64,000 bases of DNA from contig NC_091472.1 in the NCBI RefSeq assembly GCF_036971445.1, forward strand, positions 203,546,001-203,610,000, read 5' to 3'. How positions within the stretch are numbered: the stretch's first letter is position 1; every line of letters begins with the position of its first letter. This stretch comes from Narcine bancroftii. Its lineage: Eukaryota. The position numbers and the translations under genes were made by a program. A model generated the notes under the pieces. The model saw nothing but the letters and a program-made list of their open reading frames with translations, did no database searches and was not told where the DNA came from. Shown piece by piece: positions 1-13,115 of this stretch.

Positions 1-1605
1 CGATTTAGAAAATGATACTTTGAAATTAGGATATATTAGAATAAGGAAAGTGATGCTTATATTTTGATTCAAATTTTAAAAACTGTGAACTTTGTTTAGA
101 AAAAGGCTCATAAAATTTGTCTAAAAGAATTAACATCTTGATTTAAAGCCAAGAGACATCCATGCTGTAGCAATAGAATATTCCAGAAGTGTTAAGAACC
201 TGTCTGTGAATTGCCCAGTTTGAAATTGAGCCAAGGACTGGCCAGACACCTACAACATTAAAAAAAGATAAACCAGCTCTGGTAGCAGAATTGGCAGGAA
301 TCCCATAACATTGAGATAAGAGAGCTTGTGTGCAGGATCACAGAGACAATTCAGCCAAGCAGCAATTCTATTAAAGGGACTAAGTAAGATATAAAATTCA
401 TTTACAGTTTCCAGGAACCAGGAAAAGCCAGGGCAAAAGCCAGGTTGCTGTGTGAAGAACCCAAGGTGGATAAGAAGAAGTTTCATCATCTTCTCAAAGA
501 ACTGTTTGATTGTGAGTTGAGCCAGCAAGGGAGACCTCCTGGATCAGGAGGTTGGAGCCAGTAGCCAAAGAAGAAGCAGCTTCAACTAGCAAGCAAGGCA
601 CTGCAGGGTTCATTAGCTGACTTAAAAGTTAGTTCAACCAAGTGAAATGAGGAAGATAGAGACTCAGTCAGTGGTATCTGAAAGTTCAGGTGTGAATTCT
701 GATGACAGTATTTCCAATGTTATAAGTGCAGGAAGATCTTCAAAGGCATCTAGAGCAAGTACAGCTTTGCGTGCTTCAAGCACATAATCTATGCATGCTA
801 AGACTTAAGCAGACTTGGCTATTGTCTGTGCACAATAACAGTGGTTGGAGAAAAGAGGTTAGGGAGGTTCAAATGAGGAATCAGCAACTGAGGTTACAAA
901 TGGGTAGTGAAGAACAAAAAAGATAATTGAACAGAGAAAAGTAAAGACTTTAGCTTGAAGAACAATGTGCTATAAACATGGCCAAAGTAAAAGCATTAGC
1001 TTAGGCTTCAGCAAGATCTATCACTCAAAGTGAAATACCCAAAGGGCTTGCACCTAACATTCCAGCAGATCAATGGGTACTGCAGCCAGAAGAAACAAGT
1101 ACACTTCAGCATGGAGCCACAGGTGGTGTTGCTCATGCTCGAATGTCAATGACCAATCCTGTTGAAAGGGCTAGCAACATTCAATCTCTTCTGAATGCAC
1201 AACTTATGAATCTTCCCGAAAGGAGGGTATTTCAACCAGGCACAAGCATGCGAGTTGATCATACTCAACCATTGATGTCTCTTTGTGTTGCTGGAGAACC
1301 AGGGGCATCAAGGATCTTCACCAATGCCATCACTTACATACCAAGGATCTCCATCATTGCCATTACTTACAAATCAAGGTCCTACACCTATGGCAACCAG
1401 TTCAAGGTCCATTTCCTCCATTCACCTCAAGATAATTAGTCGCAAGCCATGGTGAACAAGACAATATAATATCACTCATAGCAAAACAAAATGAAATTTC
1501 TGCTATGTTAGCGCAGCAACAAGGGTCATATGGTTTTTAAATGGCGATCCATTACAATATCTGACATTCATGAAATCCATTGAACATCACATTGAAAGTA
1601 ATACT
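1..1605 (+). mobile_element. Degenerate BEL/Pao LTR retrotransposon, gag region (5' part)
   Basis: Colinear with the BEL-type gag/pol remains that resume at 4463 after a TSD-flanked insertion (the 'DPLQYLTFMKSIEHHIESNT' motif at about 1545-1605 runs on into 4463+). Many stops and frameshifts. Confidence 0.65.
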
Positions 1606-4462
1606 GGCAGGGGCGTGGCAAGATGACGTAAGGATCAGACGTGCCTTCCAGTCCTCTCCTGACTCTATCTTATTGTTTTGTCTAGAAATGCCCGTTAAAA
1701 TTCTTTAAAAGTTTAGATAATTTCAGTGCTGTTAATTTAACTTTTGATGGTACAATTGGTGGAAAAGAGCAAAAAAAAACGACAACAGATCATCAAAAAA
1801 CTACATTTTCCAAAAGTTCAAGTTTTGGAGCCTACCTACAGGAAAGACACCGGGACTCAGCGTGAAATGGATCCCAGGAGAGAGGTACAGTGTTCGGATG
1901 TAGAGCTCTATGTTACATCGGTAGAGCCCCCTAAAGAGGGCGCCAAACAGCCTTTAGAATAAAGAGTTACTCAAAGGCATTTGTCAACTGCAGAGGTGGC
2001 GCTGCAAACTGCATCTTTTGAGATACAAGAACCTATATAACTTGATGTACTGGGAGAATTTAATACATTATGGACTGGGGAAAACCCCGACCAGCGTCCT
2101 CCAGTCATTGCTGGAGAGGCTGTGGCTGGGGTTTCCACACGCAGTCATACTACAAGGAAGGCAACCAGAATGAAGGAAGGAATAAAGATCATTTGGAGAA
2201 GAAGCAGGAATCTGTTGAGCCAAAATCTCTTCCAATTGAAAAGATTTTTGTGAATCTTGAATCTAAATTATCTTATACAATGCAGGGATTATTTAAGATT
2301 ATGACTGAACTTGGTACTAGGTTTAATACTTTGGTGAAAATACATTCTCAACAGATGGCTGAGTTTGGAGCTTTTAAGCTTGAAGTGAGAGATAAATTTA
2401 ATTCGTGTGAAGAAGATATAGACGAAATACGGGATCAAGTTTTTGATGTGACCAAAATGGTCGAAGACTTACAAACTCAAAATAAAAATAAAGATTGATT
2501 ATTTGGAAAACCAATCCATACGGAACAATATAAAGATTATTGGTTTGCCGGAAGGTATGGAGGGACCAGACCCAAGAAAATTTTTTACTGAATGGATTCC
2601 GCAGGTGTTGGGTCAAGAACATTTCCCGGAAGGTATAATACTGGAACATGCTCACAGAGCCTTGCGTAGAAGACCTATTTCAGGTCAAAGTCCAAGACCT
2701 GTTTTGGTTCGTTGCTTGAATTATTACGACAGAGAAATAATTTTATGAGTGGCTATTAGAAATGCACAACAGAGAAAATCACCCTTGATGATTCAAAATA
2801 ATCGAGTTTTCTTCTATGCGGATTTGAGTCAAGAAGTTATGTTCCAACGACGGGAATTCAATCCTGCTAAAGAGTTGTTGTGGAAGAAAGGTTACAAGGC
2901 AACCTTTAGATATCCAGCTGTTTTGAAGGTTTTTCAAGATGGTTGCCAACCAAAGTTCTTTGATTCTCCAAAGGAAGCTAAAGCATTTGCTCAAGAGCTG
3001 CCAATTACTCAGTTTCAACAGAGACATAGTCCGCCACGATCTCTAAGGAGACAAAAGATGGAAGAAAAGAGCCATGCTCCAAGAAGGAATGGTTGTAATG
3101 GTGACTCGGCAGTTGGAGCTGATTAAAAGAAGAGTTGTTCTTTATTTTTTCTAATTTTTTTTTTTAAAAAAGGGATATTAAATAATGATGATGTTAGTTT
3201 AAGATGAAGTGAGAGTTGGGGGAGAGAACTGGATAGGCACTATTTCCTGAAAGTCATCTGCTACGTGTGAGTTATCTCACACCCATTTTATTTTGGGAGT
3301 TACCGCATTGCGCGGTTTAGACGGGAGGGGGTATTTTTAACCTCCTACCCGTTTTTTTTTCCTTTTTTTTGTATTATTAGATTAAAGAGTGAAGGGGTTT
3401 AAATATAAAAAAAAGCATAAGAAAGTATTTGATTGTTTAAAAAACTAAAAATTGATGTGGTTTTTTTTTGTAAAGTTTATTCAGTAGATAAGGAATATCT
3501 GAAATTTAAATGTGAATGGGATGGATAAGTTTTTTTAAATATTTTTTCTTTAACTTTAAGGTGAAAGGAGTGGTAATTCTGGTGTATATTATTTTGCTAT
3601 TTTAGTTATAGAATGAAGGGAATAATGGTGAAAGTTATAAATTGAATTATACAATTCTTAATGAGGCTTGAATTTTGTTTGTGGTTTATGCTTCATTTGT
3701 TGAAGATATAGATTTCATTGTAGATGTGTTTTTATTATTTGGATATCTGAATTTTAACGTAATGATTGGGGATATTTAAATGTGGTATTGGAGCTTTTAT
3801 TGGATAACTATTCAAGAGTGAAAGGGAAAAAAGGTGGAAGAGTACTAAAATTGAATTGTACAATGCTTAATGAGGTTTGAATTTTGTTTTAAGATGGTGG
3901 TTTATGTGACTAATATGATGATAGATGTGAAGTTAGTTGATATTTGGTGAAGGTTTATCTCTATAGAGAAAGTTTTTTTCATGCTACAATTTTTTTAAGA
4001 ATTGATTATTATTTAAGAATTTTTGATAGATAATGTTACTAACTTTACTAATTTTTCATATTAAGTTTGAGTTAAATATATGTTTCATCTTAACTCCGTT
4101 TGTTAAATATATGCATTTAAGTTTGATTTAAATATGTTTTTTAAATCTGATATCTTAGTATTAATTACTTTTCTTTTTTTTAGTATTTTAATCGGTTATG
4201 TTTTTGTTTTTTTGTAGTGGTTTTTTTTCTCACATATATTATTAACTTTATTAATTCTTCACTCTTTATTTTGGGGGGAAAGGGGGGGTTGGACTAATTT
4301 GAGTTGGGTTATTAATGTGTAATAATTATTGGGAAGGGTATAGTTTATTTAGATTACTGATATTGTATTGTAATTTTATTATTTTATTCTTAATTTTTTT
4401 TAATGTAATCCTATATGTTATTCATGTTATAAAATCTTAAATAAAGTTTTAAAAAAAATAAA
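1606..4462 (+). mobile_element. ORF1-only non-autonomous L1 derivative (HAL1-like), 2.86 kb
   Basis: 12-bp TSD GAAAGTAATACT at 1594-1605 and 4463-4474. L1-type 5' end GGGGCGTGGCAAGATG. L1 ORF1p homology. AATAAA plus A-tail at about 4440-4462. Only a highly degenerate, T-rich endonuclease remnant follows ORF1, with no RT. Confidence 0.85.
1747..3126 (+). pseudogene. L1 ORF1p (transposase_22-like RRM/CTD), frameshifted
   Basis: ORF pieces 1744-1962, 2070-2498, 2503-2748 and 2749-3126, with ENQSIRNNIKIIGLPEG, EHAHRA, FYADLSQEV..RREF and LWKKGY..FRYPAVLKV motifs. Confidence 0.85.
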
Positions 4463-6085
4463 GAAAGTAATACTAAAAATGCTAAACATCATCTGTATTA
4501 CCTGGAGCAGTAAACTGGAGGACAGGTGAAGGAGTTAGTCAAAAGTTGCCAATATATGAATCCAGAACAAGGTTTTAAAAGGACAAAAGAATTACTGCAT
4601 CATCATTATGGCAATGAACATAAAATCGCAAGGGCCACATCGACAAAATTCTTTCTTGGTCAGCAATAAAATTAGAGGACACAAAGGCTTTACAAGCCTA
4701 TGCACTCTTTCTGAGAGGGTGTTGTAATGCAACGGGAAGTAGTGTACATTTGCAAGAGTTGAATTTGCTTGCTAATTTATCAATTATTACAAACAAATTG
4801 CCTTATAAGATAAAGGATTTATGGAGAACCAAAGTTGCAGAACTTAGGATGCTTCTGGAAGGGTCGCCACTTTTGAGGATGTTGTATTTTGAATGGGCAT
4901 GTGCATGTTAATACTGTACCAGTATTTGGAAATATTAAGGATACTTCAATAGTTCCTAAAGATGTAAAGAAGTCTAAATCATCATCTCAACAGAAACTAA
5001 AGGGAAGTACCTTCATTACAGCTGTGTCAGATACAAGCACAGGAAAGAACAAGGAAACAAAGGAGAAGGAAGATCAAACTGTTCAGGAAAGCTGTTTGTA
5101 TTGCAAAGATGAACATGCTTTAGAAAGATGTTCACGATTGGAGAAATTAACCTTTTTAAAGAAGAATGGATTATCTTTGGGCTGCTTTTGTAAAGGACAC
5201 TTCAGCAAAACATGTAATAGGTAACTCAGTTGTGATATATGCAGTTTAAAACATCCTAAGTTATTGCATATTCAATGAAGTAAAGTTGAGAAGGTAGTCA
5301 AACAATCTGAATCCAAGACTATCGAGACAGTCAAAGAGGATGCTTCATCTTCGGTTCAGACAAATAATCTTACAAGGACTAGTGACAAAGCTCTCTCGAT
5401 AATTCCTGTGTAGTTTAAAGCTAAAAAGGGGAGCTTCATACTGAAGACCTATGATTGGAGAAAAAGTTGCATGATGGAGAAATTAACACTTCTAAATAAG
5501 AATGGAATATGTTTTGGCTGCTTGTGTGAAGGACACATCAGCAAAACTCGTAAGAAGTGACTTCGTTGTGATATATGCATTTTTAAGCATCCCAAGGTAC
5601 TGCATCCTCAATGAAGTAAAGTTGAGAAGGAAGTCAAACAATCTGAATCCAAGACTAAAGACACAGTCAGAGAGAATGCTTCAGCTTCAGTTCAGACAAA
5701 CATTCTTACTGGGGCCGGTGACAAAGCCCTCTCAATAGTTCATGTGCAGGTTAAAGCTAAAAAGGGGAGCCTCATCCTGAAGACCTACACATTTCTTGAT
5801 CCATATTATATTGAACTGTTAAATAATAAAAAAAAACTTAATCTTCATAGAAAAAGATCACAGGTCTTACTGAGGACAATCAATGATGAAAGGAACATTG
5901 AAACTAATATAGTTTCAGGTTTACAGATTTCTGGATTGAATAGCAATGAATTTTGTTATCTTCCAAGTGTATATACTCAGAAGACTATGCCTGTGAATAA
6001 GGAGAATATTTCCTATCAGGATGATATCAAACAGTGGGCTCATCTAAAAGATGTGTAATTACCTAAGATTGATGCCAAGGTCAAG
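4463..6085 (+). mobile_element. BEL/Pao gag (CCHC zinc knuckles) and protease region, degenerate
   Basis: CLYCKDEHALERC, LGCFCKGHFSKTC and CDICSLKHPKLLH-type knuckles; VQVKAKKGS..KTYTFLDP protease-like motif. Confidence 0.75.
5140..5790 (+). repeat. Tandem duplication (about 335-bp unit) of the BEL zinc-knuckle/protease junction
   Basis: GGAGAAATTAAC...CTGAAGACCTA occurs at about 5140-5452 and again, diverged, at about 5476-5788. Confidence 0.75.
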
Positions 6086-6440
6086 GATCCAGTTGCAGAG
6101 TGAGATTCAGAAGCCCAGGGTTTGAAGCTTGCAGACCTGTACTGAAGGGATGAAGATGTTGCCAGATGAGCTGTAGTCAATGAAAAGTGGCCTGATGTAC
6201 ATGTAGCTATGTCTAGGTGATCCAGGGCTGAGTGGAGAGCTGGGGAGATTGCATATGCTGTGAAGTGATTGTGGCAGTAGGCAAATTGCAATGGGTCCAG
6301 ATTTTACTTAGATACGAGTTAATTCTGGCCTTGCCCAACCTCTCAAAGCATTCCACCATAGTAGACATGAGCGCTGTTGAGTGATAGTCATTGGGGCAGT
6401 TCATTCTGCTCTCCTTGAGCACCAGTATGATTGAATTTCA
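6086..6440 (-). mobile_element. Rex1/Babar LINE RT fragment
   Basis: Minus-strand peptides NCPNDYHSTALMSTMVECFERL and LQFAYCHNHFTAYAISPALHSALDHLD, typical of Rex1 RT. Confidence 0.7.
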
Positions 6441-6589
6441 ATCCAAGGAAACAACCTTCTTTGCATCCCTGCCCTATTAAATATTTCTGAGTGTGTGGTT
6501 ATCAGGACTGCACCCAGTACTCCAGTCGATGTCTCACCAAGTTTCTATAAATTGGAAGCATGACTTCCTTGCTCTTGTACTAAATGAAA

Positions 6590-7881
6590 AATGCAATTTT
6601 GTATGCCAGATAATGAAATAATTGCAGATCAGCATATGCTAACTTTAAGGAGGAAATTCAAGAGAAATCCTTCCTTTCATTTGGAAAATGCAAATGTCAT
6701 GTTGGACATGATAGCCAAGGGTTACATGGAAAAGATATAAGAAGATATCTTGGAATGTAAAGATCATAAAATATGGTATTTACCTCATCATGGAGTTATA
6801 CATCCACAAAAGGAGAAACTATGTGTTGTAGCGGCCGTGTAGCAGGCTGAGTTTGGCGCACAGTGCGGTATCGCGAACTGGTGTTTTAATTTCCAGCAAC
6901 GACCATATGAGGGCCCTTTCTACGGGATTAAGAGGGATGGGGTTGTGTTTACTTTGGACATTGGGGGGCATTTGCAGCTGTTTAGTGTAGACAAACTCAA
7001 GCCTGCCCATGTGGATCCCACTGCACCCATTCAATGCCCCCAGCCCAGACAGCGTGAGCGTCCACCTAAGCCACATGCAACTGGTATTTTAATTTCTGGT
7101 GATGATTCTGGAATGGGGGAGTGATGTAGCGGCTGTAGCGGGCTGAGCAGGCGTACAGCATGGTATTGTGAACTGTCATCAGTGTGGTTCTGCGGGTGTG
7201 CGGAATCATAATACAGATGGCTGGATACTCACCTAATGAGCCGCATGCGAGAGATACTGAGTGCCGAGGAATGGCACGTTGATCTGCTGAGTCTCCTGGC
7301 AGAAGACGCGGGATGTTAACAAAGCTTAATTTAAACCTGCCGGTCCCATGGATCAGTAGCAAACACGTAGTGACTTCCCACCTTGTCCCGTGGAGCCCAG
7401 GACATGCAGTATATAAAAGAAGCCTGTAAACCCTGAATAAATCAGTCTCAGGTTGACTAATCTGGCGTGTGTTTTTGTATTACTTCAGTAGCTCGACCGT
7501 AGTAACTGGTACAGTGTAGTATTTGATTGTGGAACATCACTTCAAGGAGTTTCATTGAATTCTCAACTTCTACAAGGCCCAGACTTAACCAGTACTTTAA
7601 TGGGTGTTCTGATAGATTTTGCAGAGTCTATTGTAATTGCTGCAGATATTGAAGCGATGTTTCATCAAGTGAAAGTAACATCAGAAGATCGTGATTTTTT
7701 ACAATTGTTATGGTGGCCTAATGGAGATTACAATAAAAACATGATTGAATACAGAATGACAGTTCGTCTATTTGGAGCAAATTCGTCACCAAGTTGTGTA
7801 AATTTTGCTCTCGGGAAATGTGCTGAAGACAATGAAGAGCATTTAGTTCTCAAACTATAAACATCATCAGAAATAATTTCT
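6590..7881 (+). pseudogene. BEL/Pao pol (RT) fragment, interrupted by a Gypsy remnant; continues at 15441-15557
   Basis: [42 protein letters not shown] and [10 protein letters not shown] motifs. The RT catalytic motif NNFYVD(Y) is restored when 7881 is joined to 15452. Confidence 0.85.
6827..7513 (+). mobile_element. Internally deleted Gypsy element (truncated 5' LTR, integrase tail, PPT, 3' LTR 7125-7513)
   Basis: TG...CA termini with 4-bp TSD GTGT (6823-6826 / 7514-7517). TGTAGCGG start repeated at 6827 and 7125. Purine tract before 7125. Integrase-tail motifs QRPYEGPF and VDKLKPAH. TATAAAA and AATAAA in the LTR. Confidence 0.8.
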
Positions 7882-8163
7882 GTTTTTTTTTTTGTTGTTT
7901 TTTTTTAAAAAAAAATTTATTTTTCACACCATAAATACATTAACCATGGTACACACTTTTTCCTTTTCACACATATACAGTGCCATTTTCTCCCCCCCCA
8001 CCCTCCCTCCTCCCAACCCACCCTCCCTACCTCCCCCCTCTCGTCCATTTAAGGTATTAAATCTAGGATACATTAAACCAGTCAGACAATGTTGTCATTC
8101 AATAAAAATACACCAGAAATTCTACTGAGTCCATTCTTTTCATTTCCTTTTCCTTCCATTAAC

Positions 8164-11100
8164 TTAGGTAATGATTGTCCCCGGTAGGTTTTCGCTATTG
8201 TATTTAATGTAAGGCTCCCATATTTGTTCGAATATTTCAATATTATTTCTTAAACTATATATTATTTTTTCTAATGGAATACATTTATTCATTTCTATAT
8301 ACCATTGTTGTATTTTCAAATTATCTTCCAATTTCCAGGTTGACATAATACATTTTTTTGCTACGGCTAGAGCTATCTTAACAAATCTTTTTTGTGCATC
8401 CTCCAAATCAATTCCAAATTCTTTGTTTTTTATGTTACTTAGGAGGAAGATCTCTGGATTCTTTGGTATATTATTTTCTGTTATTTTATTTAATATCTGA
8501 TTGAGATCTTCCCAAAATTTTTCTACTTTCTCACATGTCCAGATTGCATGAATTGTTGTTCCCATTTCTTTTTTACATCGAAAACATCTATCAGATACTC
8601 TTGGGTCCCATTTATTTAACTTTTGAGGTGTAATGTATAGCCTGTGTATCCAGTTATATTGTATCATACGTAACCTCGTATTTATTGTATTTCTCATCGT
8701 TCCGGAGCATAACTTCTCCCATGTTTCCTTTTTTATCTTTATATTTAAATCTTGTTCCCATTTTTGTTTAGTTTTACCATTTGTTTCCTCATTCTCCTTT
8801 TCTTGCAGTTTAATATACATATTTGTTATAAATCTTTTGATTATCATTGTATCTGTAATCACATATTCAAGGTTACTTCCCTCTGGCAAACTCAAACTGC
8901 TTCCTAATTTATCCTTCAAGTAGGATCTCAATTGGTAATATGCCAGCGCTGTATCTTGAGTTATATTGTACTTATCTTTCATTTGTTCAAAGGATAAGAA
9001 TCTATTTCCTGAAAAACAATTTTCTATTCTTTTAATCCCTTTTTTTCCCCATTCTCTAAAGGAAAGGTTATCTATTGTAAAAGGGAGTAACTTGTTTTGC
9101 GTCAATATTAGTTTTGGTAATTGATAATTTGTTTTATTTCTTTCTACATGAATCTTCTTCCAAATATTGAGGAGATGATGTAATACTGGAGAACTTCTAT
9201 GTTGTACCAATTTTTCATCCCATTTATATAATATGTATCTTTTCCCCTATTTTATCTAATTCTAATCTCGTCCTATCTGGCTTTTCCCTTGTTTGATAAA
9301 AATCTCATAGGTATCTTAATTGTGCGGCTCTATAATAATTTTTAAAGTTTGGCAGTTGTAAGCCTCCTTGTTTATACCATTCTGTTAATTTATCTAGTGC
9401 TATCCTCGGTTTCCCACCTCTCCATAAAAATTTCCTTATTATTTTCTTTAACTCCTTGAAGAATTTCTCTGTCAGTTGTATTGGCAATGCCTGAAATAAG
9501 TATAATATCCTTGGAAAAATGTTCATTTTAATACAGTTTATCCTTCCTATTAGTGTTAGTGGTAAATCTTTGCAATGCTCTAAATCGTCCTGTAATTTTT
9601 TCATTAGTGGATAATAATTGAGTTTATATAGCTGGCCGAGATTTTTGTTTATTTGTACACCTAGGTATCTTATTGCTTGCATTTGCCATCTAAATGGTGA
9701 TTCCTTCTTAAATTTTGAGAAATCCGTATTATTCATAGGCATTGCTTCACTTTTATTTACGTTTATCTTGTAACCCGACACGTCTCCATATTCCTTCAAT
9801 TTCTTATATAATTCTTTTATTGAAAGTTCTGGTTCTGTTAAGTACACTATAACATCATCCGCAAATAAACTGATTTTATATTCCTTGTTTTTTATTTTTA
9901 TTCCTTTTATATTATTTTCTGCTCTTATCAATTCTGCTAGTGGTTCTATAGCTAACGCAAACAATAAAGGTGATAGTGGGCATCCCTGCCGTGTTGACCT
10001 GCTTAAGTTAAATTGCTTTGATACATGTCCATTTACTGTTACTTTCGCTAACGGTCCCTTATATTAATCCAATTAATATACTTCTCCGGTAAACTGAATT
10101 TTTGCAATACTTTGAACAAATAATTCCATTCTACTCTGTCAAAGGCCTTCTCTGCGTCTAAAGCAACTGCTACTGTTGGTGCTTTATTCCCTTCTACTGC
10201 ATGAATTAAGTTAATAAATTTACAAATATTGTCTGTTGTGCGTATTTTTTTGATAAATCCAGTTTGGTCTAAATTTACCATTTTCGGTACATACTCTGTA
10301 ATCTTTTTGCTAATAGTTTAGCTATTATCTTATAATCTGTGTTAAGTAAAGATATTGGTCTATATGACGCTGGTGAGAGTGGATCTTTCCCTTGCTTTAG
10401 TATTACTGTAATTATTGCTGTTTAACATGAATCTGGTAAGCTTTGTGTTTTATCAATCTGTTTGATTACTTCCAGGAGGGGCGGAATTAACAAGTCTTTA
10501 AATGTTTTATAGAATTCTATTGGGAATCCATCCTCTCCTGGTGTCTTATTATTTGGTAATTTTTTTATTATCTCTTGTATTTCTACTATTCCAAATGGCT
10601 CTGTTAATTTATTTTGTTCCTCTATTTGTAGTTTTGGTAGTTCAATTTTAGTCAGAAATTCATCTATTTTCCCTTCTTTCCCTTCGTTTTCAATTTCGTA
10701 TAATTGTTCATAGAATTCTCTAAAGTTTTCCTTAATTTCTTTTGGATTATATGTAATTTGTTTGTCTTTTTTCCTTGATGCCAATACCATTTTCTTAGCT
10801 TGTTCTGTCTTAAGCTGCCATACTAGGATTTTGTGCGTTTTTTCACCTAGTTCATAATATTTCTGTTTTGTCTTCATTATATTCTTCTCCACCTTATATG
10901 TTTGTAGTGTTTCATATTTTATTTTTTTATCCGCCAATTCTCTTCTTTTAGTTGTATCTTCCTTCATTGCTAATTCATTTTCTATATTTACTATTTCCCT
11001 TTCCAACTGCTCTGTTTCCTGATTATAGTCCTTCTTCTTCTTGGCCCTCTAATGAATTATTTGCCCTCTAATGAATGCATTCATTGCATCCCATAGTATA

Positions 11101-11944
11101 AACTTATCTTCCACTGATTCCGTATTTATTTCAAAATACATTTTTATTTGTTTTTCAATAAATTCTCTAAAATCCTGCCTTTTAAGTAACATGGGGTTTA
11201 ATCTCCATCTATACATTCTTGGAGGGATGTCCTCTAACTTTACTGTCAATATTAAGGGTGAATGGTCCGATAGTATTCTAGCTTTATATTCTGTTTTTCT
11301 TACTCCATCTTGCATACGAGCTGATAACAAAAATAGGTCTATTCTTGAGTATGTTTTATGTCTAGCCGAGTAATATGAATATTCCTTTTCTTTTGGGTGT
11401 TGTTTCCTCCATATATCCAAAAGTTGCATTTCTTCCATTGATTTAATTATAAATTTGGTTACTTTGTTCTTTCTGTTAATTTTTTTTCCCAGTTTTGTCC
11501 ATATTTGAATCCAAATTCAGGTTGAAATCCCCTCCTATTAATATGTTCCCTTGCGTATCTGCTACCTTCAAAAAGATATCGTGCATAAACTTTTGATCTT
11601 CTTCGTTAGGTGAATATACATTGAGTAGATTCCAAAACTCCGAATATATCTGACATTTTATCATTACATATCTCCCTGCTGGATCTATTATTTCCTCTTC
11701 TATTTTAAATGGCACATATTTACTAATTAATATAGCTACTCCTCTTGCTTTTGAATTATACGATGCTGCTGTTACGTGTCCTACCCAATCTCTCTTTAAT
11801 TTCTTGTGCTCCAATTCAGTATGTGTGTTTCTTGCACAAATGCTATATCAATTTTTTCTTTTTTCAGTCAATTAGCAGTTTCTTCCTTTTAATTTGGTTA
11901 TGTATTCCATAAATATTTAAAGTCATATAGTTCAACGTAGCCAT
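8164..11944 (-). pseudogene. L1 ORF2p (APE endonuclease, RT, C-terminal CCHC), frameshifted
   Basis: ORF pieces with GGDFN, SDHSP, PGEDG, LDAEKAFD, QGCPLSP, FADD and CFRC..H..WTC motifs. Confidence 0.9.
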
Positions 11945-12623
11945 TTTATACTTTGTTTATCTTCCCTTTCTGTTTCTCCATCATTACCTTTCCTCCTTAT
12001 CCATTTCTGTTTTCTTGTTTTAAACCCTTTATAAGACAATATTCCTAAAACATCAAACATTTTCCTTATTCTCCTATTTAAAACTTCTTTAGCCCCAATC
12101 TCCCCTTCCCCTCCTGAGTTGTCCTTTATCCCTTGTCGGACAACCACATCTCCCCTCTCCATTTGGATTTGCGAATTCACTCGCAAGCGTCAACTGATTT
12201 TGCAGTGACCACAACTCCTCCCCACCCAGCCCCCCCCAGAAAAGATTTCACTTTTCAAATGTAACAAAGGTCACTCTTTTAGTTCCCTCCTTATTCCCTC
12301 TATTCCATTTCCTTCCCTTATTAATTCGTGTCTATACTATCTATATTTTCCTCTAAATACGGATACATTCATGTATGCACATTATACATATACACACATA
12401 TACCTCTTTACCCACATATATGTAAATCGTGGTCATTTTTATTCTTATTACATATCTTCATCTCTCTGGTTGTTTTGTAGTTGTTCTGCAAATTTCCTTA
12501 CTTCCTCTGGATCCAAGAATAGATTTTTTTCCCATAAGATCGTTTTCGATGTATTGAACTCCTTTCTCTTCTTCAGGAGTTCAAAACTTATGTCTTTTTA
12601 CTTCGCAGTCTTTTGTACTCTCG

Positions 12624-13115
12624 TTACACGTCTTCATCCCTCAGTCTATTTTGTAATTGTTCTGCAAATTTTCGTTCTTCCTCTGGATCCGAGAATAGTC
12701 TGTTTTGTTGTCCTGGAATAAATATTTTCAATACCACTGGATGCTTTAGTGTAAATTTATACCCTTTCTTCCATAAAATCGCCTTTGCTGTATTGAACTC
12801 CTTTCTCTTCTTCAGGAGTTCAAAACTTATATCTGGATAAATGAAGATTTTTAGCCCTTTGTACTCCAGTGGCTTGTTGCCCTCTCTTACTTTTTCCATT
12901 GTCTTCTCCAGTACTTTTTCTCTTGTAGTATATCTTAGGAATTTTACTAAAATAGATCTTGGCTTTTGTTGTGGTTGTGGTTTAAAGGCCAATGCTCTAT
13001 GTGCCCTTTCTATTTCCATTTCTTGCTGTAGTTCTGGACATCCTAGGATCCTGGGGATCCAATCTTTTATAAACTCTCTCATATTCTTGCCTTCTTCATC
13101 TTCTTTAAGGCCCAC
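12624..13115 (-). pseudogene. L1 ORF1p C-terminal half (5'-truncated copy)
   Basis: GLKEDEEG..IERAHRAL..IYPDISFELLKKRKEF. Abuts the poly(A) of the upstream ORF2-deleted copy. Confidence 0.85.
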
